NCBI GenBank assembly: GCA_000934665.2
Contig: KZ538343.1
Span: 61,523-81,522 of the forward strand
DNA: 20,000 bases
Direction of reading: 5' to 3'
Source: Catajapyx aquilonaris
Lineage: Eukaryota
Part shown: positions 1 to 12,827 of the stretch, piece by piece
Numbering within the stretch: position 1 is the stretch's first letter
Layout of the letters: each line of letters begins with the position of its first letter
Translations under genes and position numbers: made by a program
The notes under the pieces: generated by a model
The model's input: the letters and a program-made list of their open reading frames with translations, nothing else
Database searches by the model: none
What the model was told of the DNA's origin: nothing

Positions 1-445
1 CGCGATTACATCTCCGGAGAAGTTTGCCCAGACTATATTACGGTATATACCCTCCTCTCTACCCCCCCCCCCTCCCTTCCACCCAACCCATCTCCCCTTT
101 TTGGCTTGTAAAACGTTAGGGTCCGGAATCGAACTAGGAAATTCCTGCACGAGTTGGACCCGGGGCCCTACTTGTTTTCATAATGCGGTCTTTTGTACTC
201 AAGCCTGCTTCTCCGGAGCTTGTCAAAAAGATACCCTTTACCAGTAGCTCCATGTTTCCGTCACTTTCAAACTACTCAAGGCTTCACTCGATGGAGATTT
301 CTTCTCTGGGAACAAACAAATCTCTTTTTAATGCCTGCCTCTTAGCGGATCGATTCAAAGGGAACGATTTCATTCACTTGGAAATATTCATTGGGCCAGA
401 AACTGCTCAGGTTTCACGAAATCGGATGGTTGTAGGCTGAACTTT

Positions 446-892
446 CCGATAGGTGGCACTGGAATGCTACTGGAAGATTGGAATGTGCAGCGCCATCTGG
501 ACGAGACAGTTTAGGCCTTCCCTTCTTTTCTGTCTACTATAGTATACAACTACTATCCGATTCTGAAAGTCTGAACCTTTTTTGGGTATCCATACGCCCG
601 AAAGTAGTGCCCACCATGCCGGGCCATATCGCTCCTCACATCAAAATGTGCAGTTTGTGTAGCGCTGAAGCTACCGCATGAGCTGCCCATGATAATTAGG
701 CATTCGAATTACATGTAGCAGCACTGTTTCTTCGAGAAAGCCAGCGATACCGGGGACTAATTTTGCGGCGGCTCACCCCCTCGGGCGTATGTATACCTGA
801 AAAGGTTCGGACTAATGCGAATCGGAGAGTACTATGCGCGTAGTAACGAGCATGACTCACAACTTTGGGAAGGTAATCAGTAGATGGCGCAC
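446..892. promoter_or_regulatory. Three CTCF-like motifs (candidate insulator)
   Basis: CCGATAGGTGGCACTG at 446-461 (+), CGTCCAGATGGCGCTGC at 487-503 (-) and TCAGTAGATGGCGCAC at 877-892 (+) all fit the core YAGRKGGCRC. Confidence 0.5.
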
Positions 893-3800
893 GCTACTTT
901 CCGAAATCATAGCGGCACGACATGACGGAGTAGTTTTAACGTATAGAATATTGCAAGGGTGACTGCGCAAGCCTCGGATACAAAGTGTTGCGTGATGCAT
1001 ACGGGAGGTACAGTATTGCTACCTTGGACTAACAACATGCCGGTTTGTCTGCTTTTCTTACTTTTGTCTTTTTCTATGACATGGCGCCGATAAGGTCCGG
1101 GTGTTCCGGATGGAACAAAAAAGGCTGTCCCCTACAACAATAACAACGTCAACTTTGATACGTGAGAAACTTTTAAATTAGTGTAAATGGCTTGTATCGT
1201 TAATCCTGCTGGTGTACGCCGTACGATATGACCAAGTCCAACAAATATTACATCGCATTAACATGCCGGTATTCCTGAGTAGAATAATTACACGGGGTAA
1301 TTATCCAAGTACCTGAGAAAACGCACCCAGCTATGGCTGTCAGCACTAAACATTAGTGTTAACATTCCTTTTGGCACATGTTTAGGAAACTGAAAAGGCT
1401 TGAACTTTTCAATGTAAACAGAGCCTTCATGCTGCTAACTTTTGCCTCATTGTCGTATTTGTTCACAAATCAATTTCCCACGTCGTTATCTAAGTTGGGC
1501 GCTTAGGCACCTCATACATTACGAATCATAGCTGTGCTGATCAGGTCCTGATGAACTGTAGTAATACCGATACTGCATGTTGATCGGACCTTTTTCTGTC
1601 CTCGTTTGGGAATTATCTCGATACGATCTTTTCGGAAATTTGGTTGGAAGAGATATTGCCACCCGATTGTTTGACCCACATATTCCTCATATGTAACGTT
1701 TTTGAACATTTCCTGTAGTGATAGGCCTATATGCGAGAAAAATGTGCACCGGAAGACTGCACGGCTGATTGTACCACATCCTGTAATACAATATGTTAAT
1801 GACATTGGGAAACTTTATCAGTGGCAATTTCCCGATGGGGTGGGAAGTCTGCGAAGTAGGAGACAATTTAATTACTAATACCGGTACTATGATAAAATCG
1901 TGACACATCAGGAGGAGACATTCAATGCAATGTATTACATAAAATACGGTAAATAATCAAAACCATCTTAGCAAACTCCCAAATGTAAATAACTTAAAAC
2001 GGGACAAATGGTAATATACACATTGTTTGCAGGCCGAAACATCGATTTCATATAATTCAGAAATATGACCATTGAATGCTAAAGTTTGCGTTGTTTTCGC
2101 ACGTGTTAGAATTTGGCAATATCATTGCTTTTCTCTAAGAAGAAGGGAGAGATGCTAGTGTGAAGACCCTTTCTGTAAGTTACCATCACAAAGGCAACCA
2201 GACAAAAGCATTAACATTCACAGGATATACATACGGTACAGTAACTTATCAAATAAGGCAATAAGCCAATACTTTCAGCACCATCTTTTGAGCGAAAGTC
2301 GCGATGATGAAACCCGGCCTTAATGCTTTGTAATAGGCTTTCAAATTAACGTGCACCACCATTACTTCAGAGATATGGAAAATAATAATTGCGGTTAATG
2401 CAAATGGTACGTGATGTTTTACAATAAGTAAAATGCGCTGGATCCATCAGGAACTTCAATTTTTCAATGTATAACTCTTATTAGTAACACGTCAAGCCAT
2501 CAAAAAGATGTCAAAAATAGAGATGGAGTATAGACTACATGACGCAATTAGCTACGCATCAATGACGTTTACTACCGAGGTATTTTTTACTTCCTTGAAT
2601 TCAACGAATATTAGTCACTCAGAAACAGCAAAAATCACATGTTATTACTTGTTCTTCACATAACTTATTTTAACTTAAATAATGTGGATTAAGCAGTTTT
2701 ATATGTACCTGAAGAATATAAAGAACCAATGAATATTGCATAAATCCTATGTCAGAGGTGACGATATGATTTTTCCTTTGACTTGATCTAACACTCCACG
2801 AAGGACGAAAGCCACATTTAATGATTAATACTACAGGGTATGAATTAATCCGTAAATCTGATAGTTTGTATAGCAGATGTTGTGAACATAATTATGAAAG
2901 GACTCGATTAAATTTCATTATGTACCTTGCGAATATGATAGATAATGAGAGTTGTAATTGGTCACTCTACAGTAATTATTACGATGAGTCAGGTGCTTCT
3001 TTCACTGATATTGTGTAGACCTATATTACACGTCCTACACGCAGTAAAATCTGCATATTTGTAGCAGACTCTGGATAGAGCGGAAACTTGTCTAATGGGG
3101 GATTTTTTGTTTGTTTCCGATGGCTGATTTTAAGTGCATTTTGTTGCATGTAGCAGAAACAAGTTCATCACGAACAATTTTTCGGAACGGAGCTTTTCCG
3201 CTATATACGCAAGTTTCGCATGTTAAGGAAGCTGACAGGTCTAAATGATATCTAACTCTATTTGCCTATAACCAACCCTTCCGTTACCGCTATCCCTAAA
3301 ATCGGGATACCAAGAAAAAATCGCTGCATCTCGAGTGTCAATGCCACGATGTTAGTGCATGAGATGTCATCGGAATCGGTATAACATGAGATCCATCTGA
3401 CAAATATTCGATGATTTTAAGTCAATTCTTTAGTTATAAAATGTTGATGCGGAAAACTGCAGAAAAAATCGAATTTCGCGCCATTATCTAGCTCTCCTAG
3501 TGCAATAATGCTCATATATGGAATGAAAAACTATTTGTGTCCATGACTCATGTCATCTTCTATACATTGCACAAGTTTGACATTTTTTACGTCCAGTGAT
3601 AAGACGGTAAAAAAAAGAGGCTGAGGTTCGCGTTACGCTTGCCTGCACTCGTGTCCGATTCCGTGCAGAAATACCTTTATTTTTCCTGCCAATACGTTAA
3701 AATTACACATGAAAACGTTTTGGAGTTGAAGCTAACAATTATTGGCATCATTTAGCTGCACTCTGGCGAACAAGGCATTACAAAGTACCTAATCAGCAAA

Positions 3801-4984
3801 ATGGCAATAACATGGCAGCCATCTTTGATATAGATAACAGCAATTAACTTAATGGCGTAATTTCTAAATTTCGCTATTGACTTCCTAAATTGTAATGAAT
3901 GATCAGGAATTTCTTTTGACACTCATTGGGCCGCTAGTGAACGACTATATGAAACACGGATGTAACGTTTCTGGACTTTTGAATTTGGCGCGTTACAGCG
4001 GATGATTCATTGGAGGAATTTATGAAAAAAATGCAATAGATGTCGCCCTATGGCCACTTGTCAACAGCTAGCACTGGGTCAAAGGTTGGTTTTGGCGAAG
4101 CTGACTATGAGGGGAAAAATACGGCTGTCACATCGACATGTGGCCGATGACAAGGCCAGGGTTGTAAATATAATTAAACCCCACCCGCTAAAAAATTCCT
4201 TATGGCCATAACGGAAGGGTTAAGTGCGAAAATATTGTTCGAGGGAGAGACCTAACGTATACGGTATACGTGCATACTCCATCACATGCACGTTTACTGG
4301 GCGACATCCATCATTGACTACACACATCATTTTGTTCTGCTTCCTTACTAAACCTTTCTCTCTGAATATACTGTATCAGTCAGCAATTGAGCATGAGAAT
4401 CTGCAAAGTACTGTATACAAAACACAACGCTATTCTACAGTACTTTTTAAAACAAGTCCACCTCAATTTTCAACAATTCCTGCAACGAACACAACGCGAT
4501 TTCTAGCAACCATTTTGCTACATGTTTATAATTTATAATTTTTTAAAAGTATTTAAAGTTTTTATTGGATATAACACCCTCAATGTCTGAAAGCAGTCAT
4601 TGACCCCTAGCTGCCCGGATTCATCCTGGGAGTTAGCTAACCTAGGCGTCTCCTTTGGCTCACCGTGTTGCCGCCATTCAGGCGCTATTCATACAATTTA
4701 TGAACCAAATCGTTACTTTTATAGGGTGAGGTAACCTGCACGTAGGCGAGTCAACGGGAAGACAATGTCAGTGGACAGTTACAGTTTAACTACTGTGAGA
4801 CAATGTTCAAACTTTTCTTTCACAATAAAGTTTTAACGACATGTGACTGTAGCTGATGTGAAATAAGTCCGTAACATTGATGGGCCAAGTTTTCAGTGAT
4901 TTTTGTGATGCACACGCAAACCCATAGTTAAATGGATATACCGGTAAGCAATGTTAACCTGACCTTGGTCGAACATTCCATAGA

Positions 4985-5036
4985 GAAGCAGGTGAATATG
5001 GCATGCAGCTTGATGGCATTTCATATTCACCTCTTC
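4985..5036. other. Imperfect 52-nt inverted repeat (hairpin)
   Basis: AGGTGAATATG (4990-5000) pairs perfectly with CATATTCACCT (5022-5032). The stem is extended by GAAG/CTTC outside and ATGC/GCAT inside, closing a 9-nt loop. Confidence 0.7.
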
Positions 5037-5881
5037 CTGCACAATACGGTACTTAAGTGTGGGTGTAATCATACTCTCAAGTCAAAAAGGTGAACCTTAA
5101 CTCCCCACACATGGTGTCCACCCTACACACTCACATGCTGAAAAGCTGCCCCCATGTGCAAGGGGCATCTCCTGTTCACACCTCCCGTTAATTATAGGTT
5201 GAAAGCCGCGTAAATCCAGATAATTGGGAGTGCCAGGAGGCAGGGGCCGGAAACCAAAAATCTCTGATGGTGATAAAGTCAGGAATCAGTTTACATCCTT
5301 ACAAGGTGACATGCCCAAATTATGTTTATTTTGACCACAACCATTGTCCAGAGTATATATACGGAAGGGTTTGGGCAGCCAGCACGTGAAAAAATGCGAG
5401 CATCACGAAAAATGCTAGGATGGAAGCTGGCAGATAATGACAGCTTTCTTGGATAATGGCTGCCTTAGGAACCCACTCATTAAGTGGCCCCCCGGCAACC
5501 AATAGCCGTGTCACTTGGCCCTGGAATGAAACAACAAAACGAAGAAGAAGCTACATCTCCATTTTGTTTTGGAAACCTTGATCCACCGTGTCAATCTGGC
5601 CATTACCTGGCTAATATTTACGCATTCAAGTCCAGTTACCTGGTATATACTGCCGGTCGTTAAAGGCGACCTCATGCGGTTTCGTAAAAATGACCGCCAC
5701 AAAACATGGCTGCCTCACAAATATTTTACTGGCCTCCAATAGCCGACCAGCCCCTGCCCTGGCCTCTTCTTCCTGCACTCGCGCATAGGGTGTAATATAA
5801 AGGTGGTAACCACTAGTAACGAGGGATTGAGGCCGGTTCCTAATTGGGGAACCGCCTTTTTGAGTGATTGTAAACTTGGGG

Positions 5882-8800
5882 CCGCCATATTGGAGGGTGT
5901 GTGCTGCACACATTTTTAATGAAGTCGTCCCAGGGATTACCTTCCTTTTTGACTTAGCTGCTGGAACTTTACGCTCGTTTATCCGGTTTATGCGTGATTT
6001 TTTTCTGCCTTGTTTCCTAATGCGCACCAAGAGGGACATTTTAATTCCTCGTGTGCAACTGTGGTGACCACAGGAGGTCATTCTGATGGAGGCTCGACTA
6101 CGTAGATCCGGAAACGCTCCAGAGTGAGAAAACAATAACTCTGTCGCAGGATTAGCAGCAAATAACTTACAAGTCAACGCCATCAAGCCTCTGGACAGTT
6201 ATGTTTTGCCTCAGTCGTATGACTACAACTTATGACATATTTTAATCATTGTCTAAAATATCCGGAGATAATATCACATGGCAAGGCGTACTGTTGTTGT
6301 TATACGACAAACACTGCAGATTATTGCCATTTAAAACAATTAGGAATATTACATTTTTGTATATTAAAAACATGCTGGGAGGCTCTCCGAATCTGGGGTT
6401 ATCAGTATAGGAGATACTTGTTGCAAGATAGTGTCTGAATTAATTGTTGGTACGCAGGCTGTAATATTAAGCATTAGTGAATAGCTTGCAATATATAATT
6501 ATTGCATAATCTTTAAGAACCGGTATCGAATTGATCCCATGATGCTGCACAGTAAGGAAATAAATGCAAAAAGATTAAGGAAGCAGTATAAATCACAGGG
6601 GCCCTTGACAAATTGCCTGGCTCAGCACTTTGTTAGAAAAATTTCTACACAAACGTGTCAACGTGGAAAAAATCCCTGTCGCGCACCTGCTCCAACTTAG
6701 CAATTTGGAAAACTTTCTCAGGCTTTGTTTCTCAATGAGATGGAAATGTACTTGGCAACCATAACGACTCGTAACAGAACATGACATTGCCCCCTTTTGG
6801 ATGGCTCCTAGCAAAAGATTCACTTTCCAGATAAACGGATAAACTATTCCGCACACGTCCAGAATGAAAAATTATTCGTGAAATTATGGGGTTGAGCAGG
6901 ATAGAAGCAAGAATGAAGAAAAAAAAAATCCAGACGCAAGGCGGGCACGAAAAACTTGGTTGGCACAGCTACCGTTGCGCAATTGGATCCTGAAAAATGC
7001 AGCATACCAGCAGGTGACATCCTCCAATACTTATAAAAAAAATTGGCCAGTCTGGAAAGGTTGGTAAACTGGACCACCTGCGCAGGGTACAAAATGGCGT
7101 CGGCCCAAAATATGGCCCCCTGGATGCAATATGACTCCTTCCACACCACAGCCCAAAACGTAAATTCTCCTAAGATCCAAAGGCCCCAAGCAATGATTAA
7201 TCATGCAAGCATTAGTGCGTTGTATTACCGGTCCCTTACCGGCGCTTGACACAGGCCAAATTAATGAATGACGGAAGTGGTAATGACTTTGTGAACTGCA
7301 GCCGCAGGGAATTCATTTTTTTCTTCTTCTTAGTTGTACAAGTGGTATGGAAGGTAGTAAGGGGTCGGTCGGGGGAAAAGGGTATCTCAGTTAATTCGCG
7401 CCGACTTTTCTTCCGATTGCATTATTGCTCAGCTCATAATCACGTTAGTCGGTTGTTTGGCCGGCTTCTCTGGGAATCAGGGGTGAAGGACCTTTGTGTG
7501 GGACCGGGTTCTCAACCATTTCGACGCCATATTTCTGCTTTCGTTGCGTGCTTATTTCGGATCATGTCGCACCGAGTATATGAAAATGCTGTCTCATAAT
7601 TACGTGGTACCGGTAGTTCTTACATAGAAATATCCTAGTGAATATTTTCCCGTAATGTTGACGTTCATGGGTCTTGCTGTGACTGGTGCGGTATAGCACT
7701 TCGGCAAAAACGGCGTGTATGTTGCAGGTGACAGCATATGTGTTATCAGCATATCTGAAGTTTTCAAATGCTCAAGTTTGCCCGTTACACAGTGGTGAAA
7801 ACGCCCATAACTCCTACACCATCGCCCCATGAAACGTCAACATCGTATAGGCTATGTCTTTTCATAAAATAATCTCCAATGAAATGTGAACTTCTGCTGA
7901 ATTGACCCTCAATAATAAGGCAACTCTCTGCTATTGGGTTATTAATGTTGCGACTACATAGAGCGTCTGTTTCACGTTGCACCATTTTTAAACGCATTGT
8001 TCAAGCCTGTCGCACGCGATTGACGCCCTCCATTTTTGAAAAAAATTGGGCTCTAATTAGCACGGCATTAATATTTTCCCTCATTAAAAGCCGGGTTTCT
8101 CACAAGCACCTGCGAATTACGAAGGAAAAGTTGTGTTATACAGTAGTCTGAAGCGCCCGTGTTACTTCGCCACATGTCATAACCGCCATTTTCTCGGTTG
8201 TAAACACTGCTTAAGAGACATTAAAAGAGCGGTCAAGAGAGGAATGAAAATGGTAATACGTGTTTGGGTCAGGTGGTTCCGTCACTTGCCGCAATTAGCG
8301 TTAATTTCGTGAACACAAACCCAGTGGAAGCTGTGATTATTCCGGTGCAATAAAACAGATGTGTTTCTTTCTATAGCTGGAAGCGCATTTGAAACACCAC
8401 ATGTCGTGTCCAACAGTGGTCAGGGAAAAAGGCACTTGGAATGGCGGATATCTTAGGCCTATATAGCGCAGAGCACATTGAAGAAGCCATGGCAATTACC
8501 CGTGGCCATTCAGGACCGGCTGCGGATCATTTCTCATAAATATATCTAGAGAATAAAAGGGGGAGCTGGTTGTGTGCCGGGGCGTCAAATGAGGCGCAGG
8601 ACAAATGATTCCACCGGCGCAAGATCTTTGTCAAAATCCCGAAGGCGTAGGAGGAAAAAGGCGTGGGAATGATGGCCGCTTGCCTGGGCTTACCCCCCAT
8701 GACCCCCTCAAGAGAATACTTGCCTTTATCCCCCTCTCCCTCTCCCTCCCCCACCTGCTATGCTCACAGAGGCCCAGGGATAATATGCAAATGAGCCCTG

Positions 8801-9057
8801 TCCAGAAACTTGCTCTTTTAAGGAACCAAATCCAGTTGGCGGCCAAACCCGACAGGTGGTGCGACGATGCAGCACTTCTTCGTCGGGGCCACAGACAATG
8901 CAAGGGGGCCGATACTCAACTGTTTTTCTTTGGCCAATTCGCCTTCATGTTTGCCTCCCATTAGAAACATCCGTCCGGCTTCATTTGAGCGCATATTCAC
9001 TTAGCGACTGGAGTTGTTCACACTCTGCCCCTGAGGGAGAACCACATCCGCCATTTT
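5882..9057. promoter_or_regulatory. Cluster of five YY1/Pho consensus sites (CGCCATNTT)
   Basis: Sites are at 5882-5891, 7091-7099 (-), 7525-7533, 8183-8192 and 9048-9057. I saw none elsewhere in the window by eye. Confidence 0.4.
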
Positions 9058-9424
9058 ATGCTCTTTCCAAACCAAGGTTGCCAACCTGTGCGAAGCTTCA
9101 CCGATGTCGACCGTGTGCAAACTTGAAAATCTATCCGCATTGACCCGGGTAGCGGAATCCCGTAAGCCACGGCAATAAACCATTGTTAGGACGAGCTATC
9201 CTCCAGTTCATGCAACTTCACAAATCCCTCCTGGTCGAGCTTTCCCGTTTTGATTTATTAGCCTGCTTTTGCCATCGATCAATGAAAGACATAATTGCCG
9301 ATGATGTGATAAAATGTTGGGCTTCTTCGCCTCTGCCCCAGGTTGCAAACGAGTAATGAAGGAGGGGGGAGGGGGGAGGTAAGGTAAGGCTGGGTTGCCA
9401 ACTATTTTTTTCCGGGTTTTGGTA

Positions 9425-9470
9425 CCCCCCCCCNNNNNCCCCCCCCCCCCCCCCAAAAAAAAAAAAAAAA
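9425..9470. repeat. Poly-C tract containing a 5-N assembly gap (9434-9438), followed by A16
   Basis: C9-NNNNN-C16-A16 is read directly. The true tract length and the contiguity across the gap are uncertain. Confidence 0.95.
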
Positions 9471-12400
9471 TCATAGGGAATGAAAAATCGTAACCCTGGG
9501 TCGTCCAGGTGGGCGTTGTAGCAAAAGAGAAGCATCGTGGTACTGACGACGGACAGGTGCTAATGAAAGGATGGGCTCGTCCTGCGCCTCTCCACCTAGG
9601 AAAGAGACCGTCTGCACCTCGGCATGAAATATGAGAGCTATGGCTGCCGGCAAACCAAAGCGAAGGAAGAAATAATATCCTCTGGACAAAGGAGCCACCC
9701 TTTCCAAATGCGGATGGGCAGAGATGACTGAGGCGTAATATGGATAAATGTACCTTAGACGGTAGCCCTATCGATATTGCTCAAGTTGTTGAAAACATGT
9801 CAAGAAAGTAACGTACAATTTGGCATCCTTGACTTGAGAGGCTACTCAACCTATGATTACTGGAAAAACACTTTCTCCTGATATCGTATAGGGTGTAAGG
9901 CTGGTACGGATGCTTGGTAACTTTGGCAGATTTGAAGTATTGGTTACAGGCTTTATCACAGTCCTTGAATAAACTTTGCAGTAACTTACTAAAGTGCCTA
10001 TCAATCGTAGTCATCATCAAATTACCAGATAATCTCTGAACAGCTCTCATTTATATATACGGTACCTCGAGTGTTACAAATTTATCGCGAATTTTTCACA
10101 ATTTAATGTGGAAACTTGGGACATGTGAGGCCACGTGATTTTTAATGAATGTATTGAGAGTGTAATTAGTGCAGCATAGACGACTGTCTGACCTGGTCCA
10201 CATGCATATAACCATTGGAATGATAACTGATTTCCGGAAAATACGAATAAAAGTTCTGCCTACTCTTATCAGATAATCGTTGATTACATTACCCGTAGAA
10301 GGTCACTGAACTTTAACAAACCAGATTTCAGCAGGTAAATGAGAAATCTGGAACATTAAAAAAAATGGATACGAGCGGATTTAAAGAAAAATATTAGCAG
10401 TAACTTAAACCAGGTTCGGTCTAAATAAAAGGAATAAAAGGAAGTGGAGAGCTTGTTATTTTCAAGTATCTGACTTTTCCTGCAAACTGACCAGTTCTTG
10501 TCGCAGGTATTAAACAGTTTACACATGTTACAGGTAAGGCCGCAGGCCTGTGTTTCTCTCTCCTTCATGGCGGATACTCCACAAATATCAGCTTTTTAGA
10601 AATTCTTTTCCATGACGAAAAAAACCTGTTACGACTCGAGCCCTAGTTCAAAATATCACACTTCCAGGAAGATCAGCCCAGGTAGCAAACACAATAAATT
10701 CTAACCATCCAACCTCAAATATTAACCCATGTCCCAGCTCCCTAAAAACACGACCCAAGTCAGCACCCAAAGTCAACAATGTCCCCCAGCTTTTTAGTAG
10801 TATGGTGCCCTCCACTTCCTAAGTTTAGGTGCGAGAAACGTGACAGGTGAAGTATTCAGAGTTGTCAGCAAGCTTCATAGTGGGAAGGGCCAACTGACAT
10901 GATCCTGTTTAGGGATCACGTTACACTTCTATCCTGCATGCCTGCCACACTTCCCTGGTACAAAGGGGTACACAACTGTTGTCCCTTTGGCAACAGACAC
11001 GGCCACGCAGCATCCGACTCATTAATTAGCCAGCGCAAGAAGATTAGTATCCATTCATTCAGTGCTGTTTCAAGCTTTGTAACTGGATCTTGGGAAGGAA
11101 TGAACGAACAATGATATAGGGGCACATGCACATATTATCATCAAATATATTGTCTGTACTAAATATGACCAATAATTCTTCCATAAAAATACTAAATTAA
11201 AAATTGTTTCCAAAATATTGCATACAATCTCCAGGTCTTGAGTCTTCCCGGAAAAAGGTGGTTCCAGACATTATGTGAAGGCAGCAGTGGGTACAACAAG
11301 AAATCTGGATGGCGAGGGTGGGAACTAATCACGTTACGGTCTCCCAAACGCGCCCCACAGTATTGAATATTTATTGAAAATTATAGGAGAGTGGGAATTA
11401 ATCCAAACGCCAAGGGGTCGTCGCTTTTTATTAAATTTTCTAAGGGAAGGCACTATTAAATTGGCACATGGCGATCACTACTTGCACAACAAGTTTATTA
11501 AGTTGGAGGTACCGTTCAGAGACACGTCAGATGTATAGCCTAGCCTCTTGTGAAATAAATAAATGGCACCTCATACCACAGATGCTCCGAAGGTATACGC
11601 GTGTCTTAAAATGTACTATGGTAATGATGAATAGTGTCTCATAGCTCTGTATAGTGGATGCCATCATTGTTGTGGAACAAATCAAGGGCAATCTCTACAT
11701 CGTCGAATTCACCTGCATTCTTACGTCGGTCTCCACGAAATGTCCCGGATCCTAATGTGACCCGTGCGTGAAAAGACATGTCCGAGGGCACTTTCCCACT
11801 TTTCTGTGTACAGTGCAGATTGAGAGATTAGCGTGGGAAAACTCCAGCAACTGGTTGTAAACGTCAGTCTGGCTTTTCCACAATTGCTCAATCCAGGTTT
11901 GGAACGGACAAAAGGAGGACCCTCTCGCGATGGACGGCTATCCTTTTCACAGGAGGTCAAAATGTCCCCTGCGGGGTTCTAGTCTAGAGATAAGTGGATA
12001 AGGGCAATAATGCGATTAGGAGGTCGACTTTCTTAGACTTTCCAACGGGAAAAGTCACCCCCCTTGTGTCCTCTGGTCAATTTTCAGTGCTAACGAGGTT
12101 ATAGGGCCCAGCCCCTTTGTTCGCTCCGGGAGTAACAGTCCGCCTGTATCATTGTGTGGTCCAGCATGTACTGGATTAACCTTGAATCCATGCGGCACTG
12201 TACAGTACATTCGTGGCCATAAGTATATTGTTAGCATGTATAGTCGACCCGGGGATTTCAGAAATTTTGAAGTAGAATATATTGCCAGACGAAAATGAAA
12301 CCCGAAATATGCCATACCCCCGGTGAAAAAACATATAATACCTGGCAGCAAGGCTGTCATATAATATGGAGTTGATAGAATGCGAACATTTCTGACTCCT

Positions 12401-12748
12401 TACACAATAAGAGTGTAAAATGTAGCGGCTTCGGCACCTAGTCTGACATATCCTGTCACAGAAAAGCAAGGCTGACGTTGTTGCGTCAGAAGAATGAATA
12501 AAATCACAAAGACGCGTGAATATTGTGGACCACCCCCGAAATTTGGAGGAATGTCCCCCGCCCCTCACCCCCCTAGTGAGGTCAGCCCCATCCATCACGA
12601 GGTCTCTCACAGCTGTCCTTTCTCTTTTCAGGCCGAGTCGGCGACTTGTGACCGCTTCTTCCCCCGTCTCGCACTGCAGGGAGCCATCCTTGGTGGATTA
12701 CTGACTACTTCTTTTGCCTCTCCCTTGGTGACCTCTGGCGAAGTGGCA

Positions 12749-12790
12749 GGGGAGAGGGGAGGGGGGGGGGGTATGGGGGTGGAGGAGGGG
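12749..12790 (+). repeat. G-rich tract with five runs of at least 4 G (G-quadruplex-capable) just upstream of the predicted TSS
   Basis: GGGG-AGA-GGGG-A-G11-TAT-GGGGG-TGGAGGA-GGGG is read directly from the sequence. Confidence 0.7.
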
Positions 12791-12827
12791 TGAGACAGTC
12801 GAGAGACTCCGAGTCTGGGGGATGAAA

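Noticed and set aside
119..161. B-box-like GTTCGATTCC (minus strand) within a weak GGGTCC/GGACCC inverted repeat
   Set aside because: The T-stem does not pair, and there is no A-box or cloverleaf. It is not supportable as a tRNA or SINE.
5626..6186. 186-aa minus-strand ORF, the second longest in the track
   Set aside because: It has no recognisable domain and a random-looking composition, with a basic stretch arising from T-rich DNA. I treated it as spurious pending RNA-seq or BLAST.
10321..10351. 9-bp inverted repeat CCAGATTTC/GAAATCTGG
   Set aside because: It is short with a 13-nt loop and compatible with chance. It is not a terminator in this eukaryotic context.
461..12553. Scattered TEAD/Scalloped GGAATG/CATTCC hexamers
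   Set aside because: The count is close to the expectation for a 6-mer and no tandem sites were seen, even though fj is a known Yorkie target.
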